Source: the human T2T-CHM13v2.0 reference genome, Homo sapiens
Direction: 5' to 3' (one strand)
DNA: 64,000 nt
Assembly (NCBI RefSeq): GCF_009914755.1
Contig: NC_060947.1
The position numbers and the translations under genes are program-made. The first letter of the stretch is position 1. Each line of letters starts with the position of its first letter. Of the stretch, positions 43,148 to 57,127 are shown piece after piece. The notes beneath the pieces were generated by a model. The model was not told the origin of the DNA. It worked only from the letters and a program-made list of their open reading frames with translations, and did not search any database.

Positions 43148-44796
43148 TAAACCATTGGTTCTCAAAGCGTGTTTACAAGATCAACAGCATCTGTCTTCCT
43201 TGGGAACATTCTTGAGTCCTACCCCATACCTGCTGAATCAGAATCTTTGGGGTTGGGGCCTGGTCATCCCTTAACCAGGCATGAACTTTTTCCTGATATA
43301 TTACTAGGGCTGGAAAAATACCTAAATCCTTGCTATGCCTCAAATCTATTATACTTGTAGATGAATTTAGGTAAAAATCCATGTGCTTCTTTTAAAGGGA
43401 ATGTTTATAAACACTGACTTGGTTCTCCTGGTTCTTAAACCATGCTCAGCCCAAGTGAGACCACTGCTCATTCAGGCAGAGAAACCAGAGTCTGTATCCT
43501 TGAATGGTGTCTAGCTCTTTTATCAGTGTCCTGGACAGCCATTTCTCTGCCTATATATTTTTAAATATCTACAACTGTGACATGAGAAGACCTAAAATGG
43601 GTGCTTCTATGTATCTCTATATAGTGCAGGGGTTTTCACACTGTGAAAATTCATCTGGAGTATATGTTGCTTCAAGAAAAGCATAGCAGAAAGGGGTTCT
43701 AGAGTCAGACATGGGTCCAAATCTAGGTTCAACTAGTTTTATGAACTTGGGCAAGTTACTTAATGTTCCTGAGTCTCAGCATCTTCATCTGTGAAACGGG
43801 TCAATGTTTCTGAACTCATGGATTTGTTGTAAGAATTAAGTGAGCAAAGCAATGTGGAGCACTAGCACAAGGCCTGACATAAAGCAAGTGCTCAATAAAA
43901 GATCGTTAGTTAATATTCCTGATCCTTCGTGACATACTCATTAGTACCCTATCCCAGGAAAAAACAAAGCCAAAGATTTTTGGGTTAAAAACCCCCCAAA
44001 AAACAATAGAACAGCTTTCTTGGAGGAAGGGAATTTATATTTCCTGATGATTAGTATATACAGGCATGAAGATGAAACTTTTCACTTAATTGAAACAAAT
44101 GTATCCCCATACTAGTCCTGAGAGGTATAGATTATTACTAAGTGTACAGGTTTTACGTATGAGGTTCAAAGGAATTAAACTGAGGTTCAAAGAGATTAAA
44201 ATCCACGGTAGAGTCTAGATTAGAGTTTAAGTAAGTCTGTACGACTCCAAAGTCCATACTGCTTCCCCTATATCATGCTGAGGTTCTTATTTTAAGTTCA
44301 TTTTATATCTGGGTGATGTGTGGGTGGACTGCTCTTCACCATTCATTTTGGCCAAAGTGTCAGAGATTGAAACTTAATTCTGACAAATGTGTACCTTTGT
44401 CACAAGGACGATAGAAAGGGCATGCCTGTCTTAGCACCAATCCACTTAACCATCAGAAAACAGCTTCAGTTTCATTCCCACAGGAGAGTGGGTGGCTTCC
44501 TTTGTGGATATAAGGGCCATGCTTTATTATTTTTCTGGCTTCATTTATAGGAGCCGTTCCTTTGTGCCTGAATCTTGCTTTGTAGTGACTTCGGGGGAGC
44601 TCAGATGGGGCACTACAGATGCAGACTGTCAGCAGCTGTTGAGTCTTTTTTTGTTGTTGTTCCTTTTCGTAGCTGTTGAGTCTTGGGAGTCCAAACCTAG
44701 GGCCACGTGGTCTACTGAGGCAGACCAGAGTTCAAGGAGCCAGAGGGGTGAGGCTGCTCCAAAAGGCTCTAAATTAGATATAAAGCTTAGAGTGAA

Positions 44797-45090
44797 TGGC
44801 TGGGCATGGTGACTCATGCCTGTATTCTAAACACTTTGGAAGGCCAAGGTGGGAGGATCACTTGAACCTAGGATTTTGATACCAGCCTGGGAAACATACG
44901 GAGACCCTGTCTCTACAGAAAATTTTTTAAAAAATTAGCCGGGTGTAGTGGTGCATGCCTGTAGTCCCAGCTACTCAGGAGGCTGAGGTGGAAGAATTGT
45001 TGGAACCCTATAGTGAGATATGATCACACCACTGCACTCCAGTGTGGGTGAAAGAGAGAGACCCTGTCTCAAAACACACAAACACACACG
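44797..45090 (+). mobile_element. AluJ with small right-arm deletion and AC-rich tail
   Basis: Dimer; the ggaggttgcag-type segment is missing near 45010. Confidence 0.88.
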
Positions 45091-45249
45091 AAACCCTCAG
45101 AGTAAAAAGGAAGGAGATTAAATTTTTTAAGCAGGAGTGGATATAATCATAATCTTCAAGAGCCAAGAGGAGTTGGGACTTGAGAAAGTAGCATATTAGG
45201 AAGCAAAGGCTCTGGAGACAGAAGACTGCTTGGGTTCGAATCCCAGTGA

Positions 45250-45660
<411 letters not shown>

Positions 45661-46217
45661 TAATGGAATGAGGGAAACCTATTGGTTTCAGGAAATGTTT
45701 AGCCTCACCCTGATTCCACAGAGGATTCTGGAGCACGAACTGCACCACAGAAATTGTTCAGCCCAGGTACTGGGTTGTTCAAACTGCACATCAGTCAATT
45801 ACTGGAAGGTGGGTTATAACCTCCCAGCGGTCTCCAGATGAGGTGACTCCCATAAGCTAAGGTTGATCTGAGCTGTTAGCAGTTGTGGGAATGGGTGCAC
45901 AGTTTAGGCAGAAAAGGGGATCTGGTGGGATATCGACATCTGCTACACTCTCGGAGCTTTAGATCCTCATTTGTTGAGCAAGGGTGGTGGTAATTAGCAC
46001 TTACTTACCTCATACGACTGTGGATAACAAAGAATATACGTAAAGCAGGAATGGTAGCTTTTGTGTACTGAAGCTAGGAGGGTCCTGAGTGATTACAGTG
46101 AATAATATTTTCCAAAGATTTGTTTTTATTCATTGATATTGCTTGATACCTGGGTGACTGGGCTAGCTTAAAAGTAAAGTGTTGGTAAGATCCATGGCTT
46201 GAAAGTTAAAAGCAAGG

Positions 46218-46870
46218 TATATTAGTTTTCTGTTGCTTGCTATAACAAGTTACTATAAACTTAGTAGCTTCAAATAACATAAATTATCATACAGCGCTGT
46301 ATGATTTATTATCATACAGCGCTGTATGATTTATTATCATACAGCGCTGTATGATTTATTATCATACAGCGCTGTATGATTTATTATCATACAGCTCTGT
46401 ATGTCAGAAGTCTGACATGGATCTCAGTGGACTAAAATCAAAGTGTCAGCAGGGCCACATTCCTTTGTAGAGGTTCTAGGGGAGTATCTGTTTCCTCGCC
46501 TTTTCTAGCTTTTAGAGGCTGCCCACATTCCTTAGCTCATGGCCCCTTCGTTTTTCAAAGCCAGCACTGGCCGGTGGAGTCTTCTCATGTTGCATCACTC
46601 TGACACTCGCTCTCCTGCCTCCCTTTTCCTCTTGTAAGAACTTTTGTAATTACACTGGGTCCACCTGGACAATCCAGGATAAAGTCTGCATCTCAGGATC
46701 CTTAATCACATCATAAAAGTCTCCTTTGCCATGCTTTATTTTTCCAGCTTCATTTTGTGGGGACCATTCCTCTGTGCCTGAATCTTTCTTTCTTCGCAGT
46801 GAATAAGGTAACATATTCACAGATTCCAGGGATCAGGACGCAGACATCTTTGGGAGGCCGTTATCCTGCG
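46218..46870 (-). mobile_element. MLT1-type LTR containing the palindromic array and the templated insertion
   Basis: tattagttttctgttgcttgctataacaagttactataaacttagtagc...ggctgcccacattccttagctcatggcccc...gacatctttgggagg. Confidence 0.8.
46286..46403. repeat. 25-bp tandem array: four perfect 20-bp palindromes ATCATACAGCGCTGTATGAT separated by TTATT, plus a fifth imperfect unit
   Basis: Units start at 46286, 46311, 46336, 46361 and 46386. Confidence 0.97.
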
Positions 46871-46879
46871 TGTTATACA

Positions 46880-47222
46880 AGAGTTGAATGACTTTTCTGT
46901 AAAGGGCCAGATAGTAAAGAATTGAGGCTTTGTGGGGCGTATGGTCTCTGTTACAATATTTAATTCTGCCACTGTAGCAAGAGAGCAAATACAGACTATA
47001 TGCATGGGCATGGCTGTGTCCCAATAAAACTTGATTTATGAACACCAAAATTTGAATTTCATATAAGTAATTTTCATGTGCCACCACAATATTATTCTTC
47101 TTTTGATTTTTCCCCAGTTGTTGAAGTATGTAACATCCAGTCTTACCTTGAAGCCTGTACAAAAACAAGCAGCAGGTTGGATTTGGCGTGTGGGCTGTAT
47201 TAGTTTAGAATATTTGTGTCCT
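46880..47222. mobile_element. MER58B-like MITE
   Basis: ttttctgtaaagggccagatagtaaa...ttgaatttcatataa...aaaacaagcagcaggttggatttggc. Confidence 0.7.
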
Positions 47223-47852
47223 AGCTCATTTAAAGTTTTGAGAAACAATCTTGAATATTGGGAATAATTTTTTTTACCATGCTGGCTGGTTGTCATACAT
47301 ATCGCAGACCTCGACCTTGTGATCTGCACTACTTCTGTTTGATTTTTCTTCCCTAGGAGAACCACTTTCCTTTTAATTTTCCATGGAAATTGCTGAAGGT
47401 AAAATGATGATAGTTGGTCTTGAAATCTTGTTCCTGTGTGGATGGTAAATTTTTGGAAACACAGGCACAATGAGAAGAATACTCAAATTATGTGAGTTAA
47501 TCAGAGAAAGTAACCTGTGTATTGACATTCCTGTTTTTTCCCATTAAACCAGAGTCACTCAGAATATTGTTAACATTTTATTGGAGCTGGCTAGATTGGT
47601 TAGAATGAAGAGGTAGGTGAGAAAGAAGTGTGTAGCATAATGAAATAGAAAGTATTACATTCCAGAGCACCTTGCTGAGGATAGTTTGCCATCTTTCTTA
47701 CAATATATTATGCCTACCTCTGATTTATTGAATGTGATTTTCTCTTTAAAATATGATACTTTTCTTGCTATAATATTGATGCCTCTTGCTGAATGATAGT
47801 TGACCGTGAAACACGCATTCATTTTTTTTTTTTCCTTTTTTCTTTCTGTTAG

Positions 47853-47960
<108 letters not shown>

Positions 47961-48805
47961 TAAAACACCATATGGGGGTACCTCAATTCATACCATAGCC
48001 ATGTTCTTGAGGAGTTAGTTAGTTAGATATTATGGAATTTCTGTAAATAGAAGTGTGTCTCCCCATTGACCCTATTACATAAAGAGAACTATATTTCTTT
48101 TTTCTTTTTGGGGTGTGAAGTCACCCTAAAGAATAATATTTGTTATTAAGAATCATGTATTTAAAGAATAGCTTTTAGAAAATACATTCACCATCAGATC
48201 GAAGCATGCTACAGCAATCTCCTTGGGGCTAGGTTCATTTGTTTTCCTTGAGTACAGGTCTTTCTGTAGTCCTCCTATAAATTTCTCTTAAAATATCAAA
48301 CTTCTAAATTATGACCAGAGGGTAGTGGTTCTCATATACTGGGCCAAGTGATAGTTCATAATAACGTTTTCATCATCCACTAGTTTGTGGTCAAATAAGA
48401 AGCATAAAGATAATACAGAAAGATTTCATAAAGCTAAATGCATTAAATTTAATGACTAGACTGTTATTCCTGGTTATATCCTTCCTATATTCTAGTTGAA
48501 ATATACTTTATTTTATAAAATGAGGGCACTAGAAGATGATAGGTTTTCTCTTACGTGTCAAAATGAAAAAAGGTAATATGCGGACCCCAAAATGTATTGC
48601 CATAGGGGCCTTGCCATTGTGTTAGATTTGTTTGTCCCCTGCTAGGAATGGAAAGAACAGCTTTTTTTCTCCAAGAGTTATTTAACATCTGAATGCTTTG
48701 GTCCAGCTGCTTTGGTATACATTGAGCATAAGGCCTTTTTGCAGGTGTACCTGCCTCACTGGTAAGCAACAGGACATGGACTTGTGTTTCTTAAGAAAAT
48801 TTTGA

Positions 48806-49077
<272 letters not shown>

Positions 49078-50132
49078 CTTGATCAAAGAAAGATTTCAAA
49101 CAAAAGTTTAATGGCATGACTTTGATTTTCAGCAAAAATGTTATCTTGATTATTTTCAGGGTAAATCTCATCTTCTTAATGTTCTGTAGTACATAATTAA
49201 TTAACTGATTGAATCAAGGTTTATTAGTATTTTTTAAATCAAATGGGTTAGCAGCCCTGTGGTAATTCATTTGATAGTTCCTCAATGTATCTTGACTTCT
49301 TAATGTGTTTGATACTATTTATTTGTAACCATTTCTAGTAACTTGCTCTTTGGCTTTCATGGGCCTGCTCTTTCCTATATTGCTCCTCCTTTGCCTCATT
49401 TGCTGACTTTATGCCACCACTCTCAGCCTGTGGGGGACCCTCAGGGTCATGTTCCCAACTGTCTAATGCATATGCAGAGACCCCTAGAGCTGAAAAAGAA
49501 CAAAGGCAAGGAGAGTCATGTCACTCTTTTGTGAGTTTAATAGGCTCTTGGAGCAGAAATTGAAAGGAAGATGTACACGAAATAAAGCACAGTTCCGAGC
49601 CTGAGTCTCTGTCTAATGAGGCAAGTGCCAAATCTTTATTAGCTATTATACTGGTTTATGTCATAAACATACGGGCAGCCTTTTCAAAGAAGTCAGGGAT
49701 AGGTCAATAAAGGTTCTAGTGAATGGCCTCACCGTGGGCAAATGTGTATGAATATGCTCAAAGCTAGACAAAAATTTTCATCAGTACAACCTTTTGTTCC
49801 TAAGTCTGTCTTTGCTTTCACTGCTAAGTAAGCTCATTCTCACACGAGTCTTCTATAATTCACTCTGGTCACAGGATTCTTGCTTGCCTGCGGTCTTTTA
49901 TTTCTTAAAGCTAATAAAAAACACTAAATAAATTATTATTTAGCAACCTAATGTCAACAAAACTCAACTCTAGTCATCCACAACATGACTTTCCTTTTAC
50001 TTTTCCTGTTTCTATCATCACATCCCATCTTTAGATTTTCCTGGTTAGAAAGCCTGGATTCTTAGGTCTTATTTGATGCATCTGTCCTCAATTTTACAAC
50101 ATGTATTCCAGAAGCCAGATGTTTCATACTTT

Positions 50133-51634
50133 ACTTTACTTTAAAAAAAAATTATACTTTAAGTTCTGGGGTACACGTGCAGAACGTGCAGTTTTGTTAC
50201 ATAGGTATACATGTGCCATGGTAGTTTGCTGCACCCATCAACCCGTCACCTACATTAGGTATTTTTCCTAATGCTATAGCTCTTCTAGCCCCCAACCAAC
50301 CCTCTGACAGGCCCTGGTGTGTGATGTTCCCCTCTCTGTGTCTATGTGTTTTCATTGTTCGACTCCCACTCATGAGTGAGAACATGCGGGGTTTGGTTTT
50401 CTGTTCTTGTGATAGTTTGCTGAGAATGACGGTTTCCAGATTCATCCATGTCCCTGCAAAGAACATGAGCTCATCCTTTTTTATGGCTACACAGTATGCC
50501 ATGGTGTATATGTGCCACATTTTCTTTATCCAGTCTAGTCTATCACTGATGGACATTTGGGTTGGTGCCAAGTCTTTGCCATTGTGAATAGTGCCACAAT
50601 AAACATAAGTGTGCATGGCATCTTTCTTTATAGTAGCATGGTTTATAATCCTTTGGGTATATACCCAGTAATGGGATGGCTGGGTCAAATGGCATTTCTG
50701 GTTCTAGATCCTTGAGGAATCGCCACACTGTCTTCCACAATGGTTGAACTAATTTACACTCCCACCAACAGTGTAAAAGTGCTCCTATTTCTCTACATCC
50801 TCTACAGCATCTGTTGTTTCCTGACTTTTTAATGATCACCATTCTAACAGGCATGAGATGGTATCTCATAGTGGTTTTGATTTGCATTTCTCTAATGACC
50901 AGTGATGATAATGAGCATTTTTCATATGTTTGTTGGCTGCATAAATGTCTTCTTTTGAGAAATGTCTGTTCGTAGCCTTTGCCCACTTTTTGATGAGGTT
51001 GTTTTTTTCTTGTAAATTTGTATAAGTTCTTTGTAGATTCTCGATACTAGCCCTTTGTCAAATGGATAGATTGCAAAAATTTTCTCCCATTCTTTAGGAT
51101 GCCTCTTCACTCTGGTGGTAGTTTCTTTGGCTGTGCAGAAGCTCTTTAGTTTAATTAGATTCCATTTGTCAATTTTGGCTTTTGTTGCCATTGCTTTTGG
51201 TGTTTTGGACATGAAGTCTTTGCCCATGCCTATGTTCTGAATGGTATTGCCCAGGTTTTCTTCTAGGATTTTTATGGCTTTAGGTCTTAAGTTTGTTTAA
51301 GTCTTTAATCTATCTTGAGTTAATTTTTGTATAAGGTGTAAGGAAGGGATCCAGTTTGTTTTCTGCATATGGCTAGCCAGTTTTCCCAACATCATTTATT
51401 AAATAGGGAATCCTTTCCCCATTGCTTGTTTTTGGCAGGTTTGTCAAAGATCAGATGGTTGTAGATGTGTGGTGTTATTTCTGAGGGCTCTGTTCTGTTC
51501 CATTGGTCTATATATCTGTTTTGGTACCAGCACCATGCTGTTTTGGATACTGCAGTCTTGTAGTAAAGTTTAAAGTCAGGTAGTGTGATGCCTCCAGCTT
51601 TGTTCTTTTTGCTTAGGATTGTCTTGGCTATATG

Positions 51635-51675
<41 letters not shown>

Positions 51676-54007
51676 GTTCCATATGAAGTTTAAAGTAGTT
51701 TTTTCCATTCTGTGAAGAAAGAAAGTCAATGGTAGCTTGATGGGGATAGCAATGAATCTCTCTCTAAATTACTTTGGGCAGTATGGCCATTTTCACGATA
51801 TTGATTCTTCCTATCCATGAGCATGGAATGTTTTTCCATTGGTTTGTGTTCTCTCTTATTTCCTTGAGCAGTGGTTTGTAGTTATCCTTGAAGAGGTCCT
51901 TTACATCCCTTGTAAGTTGTATTCCTAGGTGGTTTATTCTCTTAGTGGCAATTGTGAATGGGAGTTGACTCATGATTTGGCTCTCTGTTTGTCTGTTATT
52001 GGTGTATAGGAATGCTTGTGATTTTTGCCCATCGATTTTGTATCCTGAGACTTTGCCGAAGCTGCTTATCAGCTTAAGGAGATTTTGGGCTGAGACGATG
52101 GGGTTTTCTTAATATACAATCATGTCATCTGCAAACAGAGACAGTTTGACTTCCTCTTTTCCTATTTCAATACCCTTTATTTCTTTCTCTTGCCTGACTG
52201 CCCTGGCCAGAACTTCCAATACTATGTTGAATAGGAGTGGTGAGAGAGGGCATCCTTGTCTGGTGCTGGTTTCCAAAGGGAATGCTTCCAGTTTTTGCCC
52301 ATTCAGTATGATATTAGCTGTGGGTTTGTCATAAATAGCTCTTCCAATTTTGAGATACGTGCCATCAATACCTAGTTTACTGAGAGTTTTTAGCATCAAG
52401 GGGTGTTGAATTTTGTCAAAGGCCTTTTCTGCATCTATTGAGATAATCATGTGGTTTTTGTCATTGGTTCTGTTTATGTTTATTGATTTGCATATGTTAA
52501 AACAGCCTTGCATCCCATGTATGAAGCCGACTTGATCATGTGATGGATAAGCTTTTTGATGTGCTGCTGGATTTGGTTTGCAAGTATTTTATCGGGTATT
52601 TTCGCATAGATGTTCATCAGGGATATTGGCCTGAAAGTTTTCTTTTTTTTTGTTGTGTCTCTGCCAGGTTTTGGTATCAGGATCATGCTGGCCTCATAAA
52701 ATGAGTTAGGGAGGATTCCCTCTTCTTCTGTGGTTTGGAATAGCTTCAGAAGGAATGGTACCAGCTCCTCTTTGTACCTCTGGTAGAATTCGGCTGTGAA
52801 TCTGTCTGGTCCTCAACTTTTTTTGGTTGGTAGGCTATCAATTGCTGCCTCAATTTCAGAACTTGTTATTGGTCTATTCAGGGATTCAACTTCTACCTGG
52901 TTTAGTCTTGGGAGGGTGTATGCGTCCAGGAATTTATCCATTTCTTCTAGATTTTCTAGTTTATTTGCATAGAGGTGTTTATAGTATTCTCTGATGGTAG
53001 TTTGAATTTCTGTGGGATTCTTGGTGATATCCCCTTTATCATTTTTTATTGCGACTATTTGATTCTTCTCTCCCTTATTAGTCTTTCTTGCTAGTGGTCT
53101 ATCTGTGTTGTTGATCTTTTCAAAAAACCAGCTCCTGGATTCATTGATTTTTTGAAGGGTTTTTTGTGTCTCTATCTCCTTCAGTTCTGCTCTGATGTTA
53201 GTTATTTCCTGTTTTCTGCTAGCTTTTGAATTTGTTTGCTCTTGCTTCTCTGGTTCTTTTCATTGTGATGTTAGGGTGTCAATTTTAGATCTTTCCTGCT
53301 TTCTCTTGTGTGCATTTAGTGCTATAAATTTCTCTCTACACACTGATTTAAATGTGTCCCAGAGATTCTGGTACATTGTGTCTTTGTTCTCACTGGTTTC
53401 AAAGAACATCTTTATTTCTGCCTTCATTTTGTTATGTACCCAGTAGTCATTCAGGAGCAGGTTGTTCAGTTTCCATGTAGCTGTGTGGTTTTGAGTGAGT
53501 TTCTTAATCCTGAGTTCTAATTTGATTGCACTGAGGTCTGAGAGACTGTTTGTTATGATTTTCTTTCTTTCTTTTGCATTTGCTGAGAAGTGTTTTACTT
53601 CCAATTATGTGATCAATTTTACAATAAGAGCGATGAGGTGCTGAGAATATATATTCTATTGATTTGGGGTGGAGAGTTCTGTAGATGCCTATTAGGTCCA
53701 CTTGGTCCAGAGCTGAGTTCAAGTTCTGGATATCCTTGTTAATTAATTTTCTGTCCATTTATCTAATATTGACAGTGGGGCGTAAAGTCTCCCACGATTA
53801 TTGTGTCGGAGTCTAAGTCTCTTTGTAGGTCTCTAAGGACTTGCTTGATGAATCTGGGTGTTCCTGTATAGGGTGCATATATATTTAGGATAGTTAGCTC
53901 TTCTTGTTGCATTGACCCCTTTACGATTATGTAATGCTCTTCTTTGTCTCTTTTGATCTTTGTTCATTTAAAGTCTGTTTTATCAGAGATTAGGATTGCC
54001 ACTTCTG

Positions 54008-54042
<35 letters not shown>

Positions 54043-56725
54043 TTCCATTTGCTTGGTAAATATTCCTCCATCCCTTTATTTATTTTGAGCCTATGTGTGT
54101 CTTTCTTTGCATGTGAGATGGGTTTCCTGAATACAGCACATTGATAGTTCTTGACTCTATCCAATTTGCCAGTCTGTGTCTTTTAATTGGGGCATTTAGC
54201 CCATTTACATTTAAGGTTAATATTGTTACGTGTGAATTTGATCCCGTCATTATGCTGCTACCTGGATATTTTACCCATTAGTTGATGCAGTTTCTTCATA
54301 GTGTTGATGGTCTTTCTTTACAATTTGGTGTTTTTCAGTGGCTGGTGCCAGTTGTTCCTTTCTGTGTTCAGTGCTTCTTTGAGGAGCTCTTGTAAGGAAG
54401 GCCTGGTGGTGACAAAATCTCTCAGCCTTTGCTTGTCTGTAAAGGATTTTATTTCTCCTTTGCTTATGAAGCTTAGTTTGGCTGGATATGAAATTGTGGG
54501 TTGAAAATTCTTTTCTTTTCTTTGAGATTGTTGAATATTGGCCCTCACTCTCTCCTGGCTTGTAGAGTTTGTGCTGAGAGAGATCCACTGTTTGTTAGCC
54601 TGATGGGCATCCCTTTGTGGGTAACCCGACCTTTCTCTCTGGCTCCCCTTAACTTTTTTTCCTCCATTTCAACCTTGGTGAATCTGACGATTATGTGTCT
54701 TGGGGTTGCTCTTCTCGAGGAGTATCTTAGTGGTGTTTTCTGTATTTCCTGAATTTGACTGTGGGCCTGTCTTGCTAGGGAGGGGAAGTTCTCCTGGATA
54801 ATATCCTGAAGAGTGTTTTCCAACTTGGTTCCATTCTCCCCGTCACTTTCAGGTACACCAATCAAACGTAGATTTGGTCTTTTCACATAGTCCCATATTT
54901 CTTGGAGGCTTTGTTCATTTCATTTCACTCCTTCTTCTCTAATCTTGTCTTCTCGCTTTATTTCACTGAGTTGATCTTCAATCTCTGATATCCTTTCTTC
55001 CGCTTGATCAATTCGGCTATTGATACTTGTGTATGCTTCACAAAGTTCTCATGCTGTGTTTTTTAGCTCCATCAGGTCATTTGTGTTCTCCTCTAAACTG
55101 GTTATTCTAGCTAGCAATTCATCTAACCTGTTTTCAAGGTTCTTAGCTTCCTTGCATTGGGTTAGAACAATGCTCCTTTAGCTCGGAGAAGTTTGTTATC
55201 ACCCACCTTCTGAAGCCTACTTCTGTCAATTCGTCAAAATCATTCTCCGTCCAGTTTTGTTCCCTTGCTGGCGAGGTGTTGTGATCCTTTGGAGGAGAGG
55301 AGGTATTTTGGTTTTTGTAACTTTTAGCCTCTTTGTGCTGGTTTCTCCCCATCTTTGTGGATTTATCTACCTTTGGTCTTTGATGTTGGTGACCTTCGGA
55401 TGGGGTATTTTAGTAGACGTGCTGTTCCTTTCTGTTTGTTTGTTAGTTTTCCTTCTTACAAACAGGCTCCTCTGCTGCAGGTCTGCTGGAGGTGCACTCC
55501 AGACTCTGTTTACCTGGGTATCACCAGCAGAGGCTGCAGAACAGCAAAAATTGCTGCCTGTTCTTCCCTCCGGAAGCTTTGCCCCAGAGGGGCACCTGCC
55601 AGATGCCAGCCAGAGCTCTCCTGTATGAGATGTTTGTCGGCCCCTACCGGGAGGTGTCTCCCAGTCAGGATACACGGGGGTCAGGTACCCACTTGAGGAG
55701 GCAGTCTGACCCTTAGCAGAGCTCGACCACTGCGCTGGCTGTCAGGCAGGGACGTTTAAGTCTGCTGAAGCTGTGCCCACAGCTGCCCCTTCCCCCAAGT
55801 GCTCTGTCCTAGGGAGATGGGAGTTTTATCTATAATTCCCTGACTGGGGCTGTTGCCTTTTTTTTTTAGAGATGCCCTGCCCAGAGAGGTGACATCTGGC
55901 AGTCTGGCCACAGTGGCCGTGCTGAGCTGTGGTGGGCTCCTCCCAGTTCAAACTTCCTGGTGGCTTTGTTTACACTGTGAGGGTAAAACCACCTACTGAA
56001 GCCTCAGCATTGGGGAACGCCCCTTCCCCCCCCAAGCTCAAGTGTCCCAGGTCAATCTCAGACTGCTGCTGTACTGGCAGCGAGAATTTCAAGCCAGTGG
56101 ATCTTAGCTTGCTGGGCTCTGTGGGGGTAGGACCCGCCAAGCCAGACCACTTGGCTCCCTGGCTTTAGAACCCCTTCTGACGGGAGTGAACGGTTCTGTC
56201 TTGCTGGCGTTCCCAGCACCAGTGGGGTATCAAAAAAAAAAAAAACCACACACACACACACAGAAAAACAACAACAATGAAACAACAAAAAACTCTTGCA
56301 GCTAGTTGGGTGTCTGCCCAAATGGCCACCCAGTTTTGTGCTGGAAACCCAGAGCCCTGGTGGGGTAGGCACTGGAGGGAATCTGGAATCTCCTCCTGTT
56401 CTGCAGGTTGCGAAGACCGTGGGGAAAGTGCAGTATCTGGACTGGAGTGCACGGTTCCTCAGGCTCAGTCCCTCATGGCTTCCCTTGGGTAGGGGAGAAA
56501 ATTCCCCGACCCCTTGCACTTCCTGGGTGAGGTGACACCAGACCCTGCTTCGGCTTGCCCTCTGTGGCCTGCACCCACTGTCCAACCAGTCCCAATGAGA
56601 TGAACTGGGTACCTCAGTTGGAAATGCAGAAATCACCCACTTACTTTCTGCATTGATTTGGCATTGATTTCGCTGGGAGCTGCAGTCCAGTGCTGTTCCT
56701 ATTTGGCCATCTTCTAGTTCTTCTC
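50133..56725 (-). mobile_element. Full-length L1PA (about L1PA7/8 age) with disrupted ORF1 (about 55352-54318) and ORF2 (about 54250-50360)
   Basis: 5'UTR, ORF1, EN/RT fragments (FADDMIVY) and 3'UTR. 15-bp TSD GATGTTTCATACTTT at 50118-50132 and 56726-56740, followed by a TTTT/AA endonuclease site. Confidence 0.97.
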
Positions 56726-56772
56726 GATGTTTCATACTTTTAAGTGCTTTTCAGATTTGACATCTTCTCTCC

Positions 56773-57127
56773 TGTTTTAGACAGTTTGGGCTGCTATAAC
56801 AAAGTGTCATAGACTAGGTGGCTTATGAACAACAGAAATTTATCACAGTTCTGGAGGCTGGAAGTCTGCGATCAGAGTGCTAGTGGGATCGAGTTTTGGT
56901 GAGGGCTTTCTTCTGGGTTGCACACTGCCAATTTCTCTCTGTGTCCTCACATGGTGGAAAGAGCTAGCTAGCTCTCTGGCCTCTTCTTATAAGGGTACTA
57001 ATCCCATTCCTGAGGGCTCCACCCTCATGATTTAATTGCCTCCCAAAGGCCCAACTCCTAATGCCATCACATTGATCAGGGCTTCAACATAAGAATTTTG
57101 GGGGATAGAAACATTTAGTCCATAGCA
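56773..57127 (-). mobile_element. MLT1A/MST-type solo LTR
   Basis: tgttttagacagtttgggctgctataacaaa...acatttagtccatagca; near-TSD TCTCC/TCCCC. Confidence 0.8.

Noticed and set aside
46286-46403. CRISPR-like array of palindromic repeats
   Set aside because: Spacers are an invariant 5-nt TTATT, the context is a mammalian intron, and there are no cas genes. It is a minisatellite.
56058-56735. 225-aa minus-strand ORF, the longest in the track
   Set aside because: Lies in the GC-rich L1 5'UTR and runs through a microsatellite; no recognisable domain.
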